A DNA stretch of 64,000 nt from the NCBI RefSeq assembly GCF_036971445.1, contig NC_091476.1, positions 7,812,001 through 7,876,000 on the forward strand. The letters are read 5' to 3'. A program made the position numbers and the translations under genes. This DNA comes from Narcine bancroftii (Eukaryota). The notes beneath the pieces are model-generated. The model made no database searches. It had not been told where the DNA came from and saw nothing but the letters and a program-made list of their open reading frames with translations. Every line of letters starts with the position of its first letter. The first letter of the stretch is position 1. This document shows positions 12,900 through 24,270 of the stretch, piece after piece.

Positions 12900-13719
12900 A
12901 TGTTGATGTCATCTATTTCTTCCCCTCAACCTGCTGAGCTCCTCCAGCAGTTTGTTTTATGCTCCAGATTTCAGCCTCTTGTATCTGACAAACCCTATAA
13001 CTGCAAAGGCCAGCTGTGTGGTCTGCATTGTGAAATGAGGATTGAGCAATTTCTGATGGTGTGCCATGCAGTAATTAAGTAGTTCTCAAAACCTTTGAGT
13101 TTGTGTACGTTGAACAAGAGAAGGAATCAATAAGGGAACTGTCTACAGGCTGAAGATGTGTAGTACGAGGCTAGTGAAGATGCAGGTCTGGGGCAGAGGA
13201 GGCCGAAGATTTCTGGAGAGAGAGAAAAATTGAGTTAATATTTCAGGTTAATGATTTGTCATCAAAGCCAACATTAATCCTGCTTCTCCATTGATAATAC
13301 CTGATTGCTTGAGTAATACAAGCAATCTCTTTTATTTTAAGTTTCCGGCATCTGCAACTTTTAGCTTTTGATCCAAGATTCCTTTGCTTGAACTGCAGAA
13401 ATTCAACTAAAATTAGTTTAAATCAAAGTATTTAAACTGGAGAAATGCATCTTGGGGCACTCATGTGAAATGCGTGTGAGTGTAAATGTGAGTATTCGAG
13501 GACTGTATTAGAAGGGGAGAGTTGAGGACCAGCATGGACAGAGCTCCCCTTTCCCCTTTTCCCCCCCCCGCCCCCCCCACAACCCCCAGTCCCAAATTAT
13601 TTATTAGCTTAACAACACATAAATTCATCAAGGATGTGTGTGGATATCACAGTAACTGTAAATTTGGTACATTTCATTTACTCAATGAATTTCTATAGAG
13701 TCAAATGAGATGGGAGGGG

Positions 13720-14055
13720 TTCAGGGAAGATTCACGAGAATGCTTTTTGGACCAATGGGCTTCAGTTATAAAGAGAGTTGGGATGGGATAGGCTGAGGCC
13801 TTTTCCATGGAGCTTAGGATGCTGAGGGGTGGCGTTATAGAGGTTTACAAAATCATGAGGGGTCATAGATGAGTCCAAGTTTTCTTCAGAGGTTATAGAT
13901 TTAAGGGGAAAGATTTAAAAGAAATTGGTAGGCACCTTTTTCACACAAAGGATGGCAGGTGAAGTGGTAGAAGCAGGTACAATTGCAGCATTTAAAAGAC
14001 GTTTAGACAGGTATTGGATAGCAAAGGTTTGGAAGGATTTGGGCCTAATTCAAGC
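13720..14055 (+). mobile_element. Old CR1 3' fragment
   Basis: GTFFTQRMAGEVVEAGTIAAFKRRLDRY. Confidence 0.7.
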
Positions 14056-14184
14056 AAAAAATAATGAGTTTATCAGCCATATCTCCAGATTCTCAACAAT
14101 GTACACTGTTACATTGTTTCATTTGTTCTCTCAGTATCCTGTTACCACCACTGTGGCACTCCGTTGTTTCTCCCCTCTCTGTTA

Positions 14185-15135
14185 GTTGGGGGGGCTTCCC
14201 CTTGGTCTCAGCCCCTCAGTGCCCGATAATGGGAGGACTCTAGACTGTGGTCCTTCCCCACAGCGTCCTCATGTTGGCTGCACCAAGCCTCAGTGCGTCC
14301 CTCAGCACATACTCCTGCAGCCTAGAATGTTCCACTTGGTAGCTTTCCCTGACTGACATCTCAATATGCTGAAAGACTAACAGGTTTCGGGCAGAGCAAA
14401 GAGCATATTTTGCTGAGTTGACAGTTTTCCAGTAATTCTGGATGTTGAATTCATAACGTGTCCCTGGGAACAGTCTGTGGATCAGAGAGTCCTCTTCACA
14501 CTGTCACTGGGGATGAACCCTGCATCCTTTTCCACGCACTCTTTGCGAATCTAGAGGTGGACGACAGTCGTCCCGAGAACAACATGCGTGGAGGATGATT
14601 CTCTGATTGTACAAGAAGGGCTCCTCTCGCCTCCAATGAGGCAGATGACCTGGACGGTCTGCTCAGAGAAACATCTCTCAAGAGCCATCAAGTCCTCATC
14701 TCACAGTTTCTGCAGGACGTTCCATGCTGACCACTGCCTGATGGCTTTGTGGTAGATGGTGTTGCAAACTCCATCAAACTGGGACATTGGATGGCACTGG
14801 AACCAGGCCTATCCTTCACAACACCTGAGACAGGTAGAACCTCAGCACATAGGGACACTTGGTGCCCTTGTACTTTGGTTCCACACACAGCCTGATACAA
14901 CCACACACAAAGGTGGTCATCAGGATGAGGACCACGTTGGGTACGCCCTTGCCCCCATTTTCTGGTGACTTGTACATGCTGCTCCTTCAGACTCTATCCA
15001 TTTTGGACCCCCATGTGATTAAAAAAACTACTCTGGTATCTGTGGGGTTAGGTCATACCGGCACACCACGTATAGCATAGCCAAGAGCACCTTTGCATCT
15101 GATGACTAGATTCTTCCCCATCAGAGCCAGTGATG
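14185..15135 (-). mobile_element. Tx1-like (L1-Tx1 clade) LINE ORF2 3' fragment
   Basis: The minus strand reads RFAKSAWKRMQGSS and, near the end, HSRLQEYVLRDALRLGAANMRTLWGRTTV, typical of Tx1 C-termini; disrupted. Confidence 0.7.
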
Positions 15136-15149
15136 GGCTTGGTTCTATT

Positions 15150-15450
15150 TGCTCCTTTCTGCAGCCATCTGTATTCCCGGGGACTCAAATTATCAAACCA
15201 GTCAGGATACTTTCTTCAGTACATTTGTAGAAGATTCATAGAATATCTCCTCAGACTTCTAGGAAAGTAGAAGCCTTAATGTGCCTTCTTCATAGTCCCA
15301 GGAGAAGTCCTCTAATACGTGGACTCTCAGGAACTTGAAGGTACCGTATCCACCACTATCCCATCAATGAAGACAGACCTGAGGTCCCTCCGCCTCCCCT
15401 TCCTAAAATCCACAATATGCTTCCTGGTCTTGTTTACGCTGAGAGCAAGA
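15150..15450 (-). mobile_element. Rex1/Babar-type LINE RT fragment
   Basis: Minus strand LSVNKTRKHIVDFRKGRRRDLRSVFIDGIVVDT...FKFLRVH. Confidence 0.7.
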
Positions 15451-15457
15451 TCTTTTT

Positions 15458-15575
15458 TTTTTAAATTTTTTATTTTTCACACCATAAACCACATTGACCA
15501 TGATACATACATTTTCCTTTTCAAATATATACAGTGCCATTTTCTCCCCCCCCCCTCCTCCCATCCCACCCTCCC
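15458..15575 (-). mobile_element. Short polyadenylated L1-type 3' end, 14-bp TSD
   Basis: On the minus strand: G-rich tract, AATAAA, then poly(A). TSD AGCAAGATCTTTTT at 15444-15457 and 15576-15589. Confidence 0.75.
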
Positions 15576-15599
15576 AGCAAGATCTTTTTGTTGCATTTT

Positions 15600-17835
15600 T
15601 TATTAAGATGGGCAACAGGGATAAGCCAGGGAACTGGATTCCAGTCAGCCTGACACGGTATGTGGACCCGTCGACTAAAGGAGATGCCGCACTTGATCTA
15701 GTACTGGGTAGTGAACCTGGTCAGGGGCAGATCTCTCGGTGGGGGAGCATTTTTGGTGAGAGGGACCACAACTCCCTGAGATTCAGCATCGCTATGGACA
15801 AGGATAAAAGCAGACAAAATGGGAAAATGTTTAATTGGAAAGAGCTAATTACGATGGGGTGAGGCAGGAACTAGTGATAGTAAATTGGGAACAGATGTTC
15901 ATGAGCGAAAGCACAGAAATAATGTGAAGGATGTTTAGGGACCACTTGCATGATTCAGGATAGGTTTGACCCATTGAGACAAGGAAAAGATGGTAGGAAA
16001 AGGGAACTGTGGTTAACAAAACAGAGATTTAATAAGTTCCAGGAAGGAACTTAAGCAAGGATTTAGGAGAGCTCGGAGGAGGCATGAAGAAAGCCTTGGC
16101 ATGTAGGATTAAGGAGAAAGCTGTGCATATGTGAAGAACAGAAGGATGATAAGAATGAAGATGGGCCTTTTAAGGGTAAAGGAGTCACCATATGTCTGGA
16201 GGTGGAAGAGGTTGGGAAGGTCTAAATGAATACTTTGCTTTAGTATTCACCGGAGAAAAGGACCTTGATCAGGGTGAGGTCGGAATAGAACAGATTTGTG
16301 CTGGACGGTGTTGAGATTAGGGAAGAGGAAGTGTTGGATCTTCTTGAAAACATCAAGATTTATAAGTCCCTGGGACTGGACGCAAAATACCGCATGTTGC
16401 TGTGGGAAGGGAGGAAGTGATAGCTGAGGCTTTGATTATGATCTTTAAGTCCTCCTTGGACACCGGGGAGGTGCTGAAGGATTGGAGAATGGCAAATGTG
16501 GTCCCCCTGTTTAAAAAAGGTAATAGGGAGAATCCTGGGAATTACAGAGCAGTGCACCTTAAGTTAATGGTGTGCAAAATATTGAAGAGGATTCTTAAGG
16601 ATAAGATTTATTAGCATTTGGAGAAGTAAAGTCTACTCAGAGATAGTCAGCATGGCTTTGTGAGGGGAAGGTCATGTCTCATGAGCCTAATTAAGTTTTT
16701 TGAGGAGGTAATTAAAGAAATTGATGAAGGTAGGGCAGTAGATGTGGTCTATATGGCATTTGACAAGGACCCCAATGGGAGACACATTCAGAAAGTCAGG
16801 AAGCATGGATGCATGGAACCTTGGTTATGTAAATTAGTAGTATTGGACAGAAAGTATTCTGCCTGGAGGTCAGTGACTAGTGGAATTCCACAGGGATCTG
16901 TTCTGGGACCCCTGCACTTCGTGATTTTTATAAATGACCTAAATGAAGAAGTGAAAGGATGAGTCAGTAAGTTTGTGGATGATACAAAGGATGGAGGAGT
17001 TGTGGATGGTGCTGAAGGTTGTCAAAGTTTATAAAAGGATATGGACAGGATGCAGAGTTGGGTGGAAAAGTGGCAGATGGAGTTCAATCCAGATAAGTGA
17101 GAAGTGATCCATTTTGGTAGATAAGGGTTAATGGTCAGTTACTTAACAGTGTGGAGGAACAGAGGGACCTTGAGGTTCAAATCCATGCATCTCTCAAAGT
17201 CACTGCATAGGTTGATAGGATAGTTAAGAAGGCCTATGGGATGCTGGGCTTCATTAGTCAGAGGATTGAGTTCAAGAGTCAAGAGATCATGTTGCAACTC
17301 TACAAATTTCTGGTGAGCCCACATTTAGAGTATTGTGTTCAGTTCTGGTCACCTCATTATAGGAAGGATATGGAAGCTATGGAGAGGGTGCAGAGGAGAT
17401 TTACCAGGATGTTGCTTGTATTTGAAAATAAGTCTTATGAGGCAAGATTAGCAGAGCTGGGACTTTTCTCTTTGGAGTGAAGAAGCATGAGAGGAGACTT
17501 AATGGAGGTCTATAAGATTCTGAAAGGCATAGATAAGGTGGACAGCCAACACCTTTTTTCCCAGGGTAGGAATAGCAAACATCAGAGGGCACCTGTACAA
17601 AGAGAAGGGAGATATCAGGGGGTAAATATTTTACAGAGAGAGTTGTAGGTGCCTGGAATACTTTGCCAGGGATGCTGGTGGAGGCTGAAACATGAGGGGC
17701 ATTTAAGAGTCTCTGACACAGGCACATAGAGGAAAGAAAATAAGAGGTAGGGAAGGGATTAATAATTTTTGTGGAAATGTATGGGTCAGCACAACATTGA
17801 GGGCTGAAGGGCCTGTACTGTGTTGTAATGTTCTA
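15600..17835 (+). mobile_element. CR1 LINE, about 2.2 kb, degenerate ORF2 (end of EN, RT) and 3' tail
   Basis: AALDLVLGSEPG, WRMANVVPLFKKGNRENPGNYR, SGIPQGSVLGPL, LEYCVQFWSPHYRKD. Confidence 0.93.
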
Positions 17836-18177
17836 CTTTTGAAAGCAGATTATATTACATTTCCCTCAATTGAAGGTAAGAGGGGAAAGATTTAAAAATG
17901 GTGTGACAGCATCATTTTCACACAGTTTGGTGCATATCTGGAACAACCTACCATAGGAAATGGTGGGGATGGGTATAATGACAACATTTAAAAGACATTT
18001 ATGCAGGTATATGGACAAGAAATGTTGAGGGATGTGGGCAAAATCAAGGCAAATGGGATTAACTCAGGTAGGTAATTTGGCCAGCATGCACAAGTTGTGC
18101 CGAAAGTCTCCCCTCATGCTTCTTCACTCCAAAGAGAAAAGTCACTCAGTGACTTGACGTTAATGGGAGAATGGGAC

Positions 18178-18422
18178 TGAGGAGCTCGTCGAAAGAATCA
18201 AAGACTTGTTGATCCAAACCAAGGCTTTTATTAGCAAAAGGCAGGAGCTCTTCACAGGTGGCCGACCAGTCCGGAATGATCCGACCTGGCTAGGGACACA
18301 ACCCTTTAAGGCCCAGACAGTAGGCGTGGCTAAGCTCTCAGCCAATCGCTGTAAGCACAGTCTAGATACTGTAACTATATACACTATATACATTGGGTTA
18401 GGGTTAGGGTTGTACTATTACA
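18178..18422 (-). mobile_element. Solo LTR (about 245 bp), 5-bp TSD GGGAC, containing a telomeric-repeat replacement
   Basis: TG...CA ends; GGGAC at 18173-18177 and 18423-18427; AATAAA on the minus strand; near-identical to 50198-50437. Confidence 0.88.
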
Positions 18423-18799
18423 GGGACATTAGTGGGAATGTTCAAATTCATTGAATTCTGTGGAGTGAATTATAGACCTGAAATTTTAGTTTCACCACCT
18501 TCCTCAGAAAGACTCTTTCTCTATTGATACTGTCCAACCTTCAGTAGTCTCACCAATTTCTGCTTTTATTTTGAATCTCGACATCAGCATTATTTCACTT
18601 TCGCATTATTGCTCAAATCAGTTTAAATTATTTGATTTTCCAAATCCAAAAACAACCTTTTGATTTACTTGAACAAGAAATTGTCCAACAGATCATTTAA
18701 ACTTTTACTAATTGGATGGCACTTTCTCAGAGACTGATGTCTCTCTCTTAACCATTCTTAATAATTTATTGATTTGAGTTAACTGAGCCTGTATTGAAT

Positions 18800-20080
18800 T
18801 TAGAAGAATGAAAGGGGATCATGGAAATTATGAAAAGCATAGATAAGATAGAGGTGGAAGTTGTTGCCATTGATGGCGAAGAGGAAGTGTTGGATCATCT
18901 TGAAAACATCAAGATTTATAGGTCCCCGGGGCTGGATGCGATATACCTCAGATCATCGCCAGCTTTCGCAACGACAACGGCAGAGTGGTCTCACTTTTGA
19001 AAGAATGAAGATCCTTCATTGATGGGGGAGACTAGAACCAAGGGTTATAGCCTCAAGATTCTGGGTGGTAGATTTAGGATGGAGATGAAGAGGAATTGTT
19101 TTTCTCAGAGGGTGGCATAAATCGTCCCCTTGGTACCTACCCCTGTGACTGCAGGAGTTTCTCTGCTTGCACCCACACCTCTTCGCTCACCATCATTCAG
19201 GGCTCCAAACAGCCTTTCCTTGTGAATTTGCAGGGGTCATCTACTGCATCTGGCGTTCCTGTTGTGGTCTCCTCTATAACGGAGAGACTTGGGTCAGACT
19301 GGGAGATAGCTTTGTTGAGCTCCTCAGCTTTGCCCGCTGCAGTAGCGTGGATCTCCCAATGGTCACCCCTTTCAATTTCCCATCCCATTCCATTGCTGAC
19401 ATGTCTGTCCATGGTGTCATGCACTGCCAGACTGAGACTATTGCAAATAGATGAACAAAACCTCATCTTTCAACTGGGCACCCTCCAACCAGATGGCAAT
19501 AACCTCTCTGGCTTTTGTTTAAACACCCCCCCCCCTCACTTCCTCCCCCCCACCCCGTCGCCTTCCCCCAGCTCTGTTTTTCTCCCTTTTCACTGTCTCC
19601 TTTCACACAGACAAAATCTATTCTTACCTCTCCCCTTATCATATCCAATTAACACCCTTTTGTTAGTCTGGACTCCTTCCCCAGGCTATTCTCTATTCTG
19701 ACATTTCCCATATTTTGTTTATTCTGTTATTATTTGCATATTTCTTGAAGAAGGGCTCAGGCCCGAAATATTGGCAATATAACTTTGGCTCCTATGGGCA
19801 CTGAAAGACCAGCTGAGTTCCTCCAGCATTTTGGTATGTTTTTACCACATCACAGCATCTGCATACTTTCGTGTTTCACTCATGAATCTATGCATTTTGC
19901 TGCCCATTGAAGCAAGGGAGGTGATCTCAGTAAATACATTTAAGACAAGGTTGGATAGATTTTTACAATGTAGGGGAATTAAGGGAAAATGGCAGGTCGG
20001 TGGAGATGCGCCTATCATCAGATGAATGACGGAGCAAGTTTGATGGGCCATATGGCATACTCCTGCTCCTATTTCTTATG
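18800..20080 (+). mobile_element. CR1 3' fragment hosting two nested insertions (18877-19016 and 19124-19880)
   Basis: gaatttagaagaatga...ttttctcagagggtgg | gaatctatgcattttgctgccc...FKTRLDRFL...tactcctgctcctatttcttatgtt. Confidence 0.75.
19124..19880 (+). mobile_element. Penelope-like element 3' part: GIY-YIG endonuclease pseudo-ORF and terminal repeat
   Basis: CEFAGVIYCIWRSCCGLLYNGETWVRLGDSFVELL...EQNLIFQLGTLQPDG, the GIY-YIG pattern of Neptune-type PLEs. Flanked by CATAAATC (19116-19123) and CATGAATC (19881-19888). Confidence 0.88.
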
Positions 20081-20879
20081 TTTACAAAATCTCCTCCAAA
20101 ATCTTTTTCAGCACTTGGAGAAATGCAAATTGCTCTTCTGATCTGTCTTTTTGTACGATTCTGCATCTTCAGCTATTCCTGCCGTTCGTCTCTTTTCTCT
20201 TCCCACAGAATTTACAGTTTCTGTTTCTCATCTTTATTTGTTAATTTGCTTCTTAAATTGTGTTTATTTTGGGATTGTATCAGAAGTGTTTGCAGCTGTG
20301 GTAAACCATTGAACAAAGTCTTAGAGGCCCCAGGTGCTTATACAGAAAGTGTCTGTTTGTTCAGCTGCCTGCAATAGGTGCCCTACACAATATTCCTGCT
20401 TGGCTGCGAATTTAGTAATGATGGGTAGCCACACGTCTTGTCTCACAGCTCCTTGGATCCATGTTGGATCCCCTGATCTTGGGTGTCTCTATTGTTCTCT
20501 CTGGGACCACACTGGTTTCCTCTGGATTTTCAGTTTCCTCCTGGATCCCAAAAAATATTCTGGATGCTACCATATAGTGCCAGATAATGGCAATGTGATA
20601 ATTGGTATGTGTGAAAAGGAATATGCTGTAAGGGAAATGAGACTATTGGGAATGTTCCCTGAGAGCTGGCGTAGATTCAATGGCCTAAGTGGAGACTACT
20701 GTGCTGTTATGTTAATGTTGCCTTTTCATAATATTCTGGAAAGTGCAGAGTATGTGTGCAAAGTATGTGTTGGTGAGTCCAAGATTTTTCACTGGTGACC
20801 TTTGGGTCCCTGGATGCAGATGGATGGTCACTTTTCCATTCTGCACCTTCCCCAGTTTCCTCAGACGAATCTGCAATTT

Positions 20880-21115
20880 GTGGCACAACCTGTCATGACT
20901 TGTAACTTCCTGTGCCAGAGGCTGGTGAGTTCCGTGTACTTTCGTGAACTTGCCATCCACTTTCACCAAGTATTACATGTCTCCTCCTGCTCCAATACCC
21001 TGACCCAGGTTCCCTCTGGAATGCTGTGCAGGGGCAGGATGTCTGTACCTATGCTCTAACACCTATTTGAAATTCTCTCTTTCTGATTTGAGCCTGCCTT
21101 TGTTCAGACATTACA
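20880..21115 (-). mobile_element. Possible ancient Gypsy integrase C-terminal remnant
   Basis: Minus-strand pieces RKREFQIGVRA*VQ, GTWVRVLEQ and YLVKVDGKFTKVH resemble the GPY/F-region tail of Gypsy integrases; highly decayed. Confidence 0.35.
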
Positions 21116-21313
21116 AAATGTGCAAGACTAATGGGGGAGAGGAGGTTGGCCTGATATACAGTATTTAACCCAGCATGCAAGTTCAGCAAGTAGTCTTGGG
21201 TCTCTTATTAATGGAGTAAATTATTGCAGAATACTTATACATATTCATTTTATATAGTATTTCTATGTATGTTTGTGATTATGTGCTGTGTGAGAGAAAA
21301 ACATTATGTGTTT

Positions 21314-23225
21314 CTATAGGTACATTAAACGTAAAAAATTAGTGAGGGATAGAATTGGACCCCTTGTAGATAGGGAGGGTAGGCTATGTGAAAAGTCAGA
21401 GGAGATGGGGGAAATTTGAAATGATTTATTTTCCTCAGTATTCACTAGGGAAAAAAATATTGTACCAGTTGAAGTAAATAAAAATAGTGGGGAGATCATG
21501 AATCATATAAGGATAACCGAGGAGGTAGTGATGGCAGTGTTAAAAAAGATAAAGGTGGACAAATCTCCGGGTCCAGACAATGTATTCCCAAGGACACTCA
21601 GGGAGACTAGTGTACAGATAGTGGGGCCATTAACAGAGATATTTAGGATGTCACTGGTCACGGGGGTAGTGCCAGAGGATTGGAGGGTGGCTCATGTTGT
21701 TCCACTGTTTAAGAAAGGGACCAAATGTAAGTCTGGAAATTATAGACCTGTGAGTCTGACGTCTGTGGTGGGTAAGTTGATGGAAAGTGTTCTGAGGGAT
21801 GGCATTTACAAATATTTGGAAGAAAAGGGATTGATAGGTAGTAGTCAGCATGGCTTTGTCAGGGGTAGATCATGCTTACAGATTGATGAAGGGAAGGCTG
21901 TGCATGTTGTCTATTTAGACTTTAGTAAAGCTTTTGACAAATTTCCCCATAGGAGGTTAGGAAAAAATGGCATTAGGTATAAATAAGGAGGTAGTGAAAT
22001 GGATTCAGCAATGGTTGGATGGGAGGTGTCAGAGAGTAGTGGCAGAAAATTGTTTGTCAAATTGGAGGCCGGTGACTAGTGGAGTTCCTCAGGAATCGGT
22101 CCTGGGTCCACTATTGTCTGTTATATATATATATATATATATTAACGATCTGGAAGAAGGGGTGATGAATTGGATAAATTTGCAGATGATACAAAGATTG
22201 GTGGTATTGTGGACAGTGAGGAAGATTACCGTAGCTTAAAAAGAGATATAGGAAAGTGAGAGGAGTGGGCTGAGAAATGGCTGATGGAATTTAAATACGG
22301 ATAAGTGTGAAGTGTTGCATTTTGGAAAGGCAAATCTAAATAGGTCATATACATTAAATGGTAGACAATTGAGGAGTGCAGAGCAACAAAGGGATTTCTT
22401 CTTTGGCTTGGCTTCGTGGACAAAGATTTATGGAGGGGTAAATGTCCTCGTCAGCTGCAGGCTCGTTTGTGGCTGACAAGTCTGATGCGGGACAGGCAGA
22501 CACGGTTGCAGCAGTTGCAGGGGAAAATTGGTTGGTATGGTAAATAGTACCCTCAAAGTTGATATTCAGGTAGATAGAGTGGTGAAGAAGGCATTTGGAA
22601 TGTTGGCCTTCATATATCGGAGTATTGAATTCAAGAGTTGGGATGTTATGATGAAATTGTACAAAGCATTGGTGAGGCCAAATTTGGAATACTGTGTACA
22701 GTTTTGGTCACCAAATTATAGGAAGGATATAAACAAAATAGAGAGAGTGCAGAGAAGGTTCACGAGAATGTTGACAGGATGTCAGGGTTTGAGTTACAGA
22801 GAAAGGTTGAGCAGCCTGGGGCTTTTTTTCTCTGGAGCGTAGAAGATTGAGGGGGGATTTGATGGAGGTGTTCAAGATTTTAAAAGGGACAGAGAGAGTC
22901 AACGTGGATAGGCTTTTTCAATTAAGAGTGGGGGATATTCAAACCAGAGGCCATGGTTTGAGATTGATGGGGGAAAATTATAAGAGGAACATGAGGGGAA
23001 ATTTCTTCACGCAAAGGGTGGTTGGGATGTGGAATAAGCTTCCGGCGGAGGTGGTTGAAGCAGGGATGTTATTTACATTTAAGGAAAGACTGGATAATTA
23101 CATGGAGGGGAGAGGATTGGTGGGGTATGGACCAGGTGCTGGTCAGTGGGACTAGGAGGGTGGGGATTTGTTCTGGCATGGACTAGTAGGGCCAAATTGG
23201 CCTGTTCTGTGCTGTATATGGTTAT
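21314..23225 (+). mobile_element. CR1 LINE (second subfamily), 5'-truncated, with nested RTE
   Basis: KVDKSPGPD, WRVAHVVPLFKKG..GNYRPVSLTSVVGKLME, VYLDFSKAFDK, LEYCVQFWSPNYRKD, FFTQRVVGMWN. Confidence 0.93.
22396..22535 (-). mobile_element. RTE-clade LINE (AviRTE-like) short 3' end inserted in CR1
   Basis: tcttctttggcttggcttcgtggacaaagatttatggaggggg...gggaaaattggttgg, the same 3' end as the other copies; no clear TSD. Confidence 0.88.
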
Positions 23226-23829
23226 ATGGTATATGTGGATGCACCCTGGCCTGGAGAAATGTTGTTTCATCTGGTTGTGTATGTACAGTTAGGTGATAAA
23301 CTTGAACTTGATGTCTTTAAGAAGTTAACAAACTGTTGGCTTTCTTTGCAAGAGGTATGGAGCATAAAAATCATGATGTCTGGATGGAACTTTATTACAT
23401 TGGTTGCCTTCCCTTCAATCTACATCACCTGGGGCTTTCCAGCTGAGACTGGTCTTTGTGGCAATATGCTCTGTGCCTGTTAAAGAGGAACACCTCTATT
23501 TATGTGTCCAGGATCTCACTCACTGCTTCTTTTCACATTGCTAATTAGCATAGCCACGAGGGCGGAGGAGGTTGTGGTGAGACCTAATGGAGGGTCACAG
23601 TTAGGGTAAATAGGAGGACATTTTTCCTCACAGCAGAGGTGTCCAAAACTAAATGCAAAAGTTATGAGTAAGGGATTATGAGGTTTAGAGGAGAGCTTAC
23701 GAAGAATATCTTCACTCATCTAGATATTTTTTAAATGTCAAGAAGGTATTTTCCTCCATCATCCTCTCAAGCAGAGCATTCCATGTTCCAACCACACTCC
23801 CTCCCTCTCTCTTTCTGATTTGAATGCAC

Positions 23830-24270
23830 CTGTTCAAGATCACCGAACTACACATGTACAGCCTGATGAAACAGCGTTTCTTTGAACCACAGTGCACACA
23901 CAAACTCACACAATACATAGCACATAATAATCACATACATACATACACAGATATAATTTAAAATAGATTTAGATAAATAAATTAAAATAGATTTAGATAA
24001 ATATTTTGGGATGATTTACTTAGTTGCAAGATACAGTTCATCAATCTCACAGCCTGCAGGAGGAAGCTATTTCACAGCCTGGCAGACCTGGTTTTGGTGC
24101 TCTTGTACATCTTTCATGATGGTAGTGGGTCAAAGATACTGTGCGGTGGATGGAAAGGCCCTCTATAATTCTTTGAGTCCGATTTTAAACAATCCAGTAA
24201 AAGTCATAAGCAGAGGGAAGGGGGCCTCAGTGATCTTCTCAGCCATTTTGATGATGGTCTCTACTATGTT
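23830..24270 (-). mobile_element. Rex1/Babar-type LINE 3' fragment
   Basis: Minus strand IIKMAEKITEAPFP; the 3' UTR resembles 2100-2250 and 35100-35300. Confidence 0.65.

Noticed and set aside
12401-12901. 166-aa ORF and the similar recurring ORFs at 6480, 32779 and 53889 as a gene family
   Set aside because: They are alternative-frame or antisense translations of the RTE 3' end.
19096-19701. 201-aa ORF, the longest in the track
   Set aside because: It is a read-through of a CR1 piece and a frameshifted Penelope GIY-YIG region, not a host gene.
20070-20600. Possible ancient RTE remnant on the minus strand
   Set aside because: Only a vague resemblance (LWEEKRDERQE, a Cys pattern); too decayed to support.
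23957-24003. Two-copy tandem of ttaaaatagatttagataaata
   Set aside because: Ordinary slippage duplication in a LINE 3' UTR.
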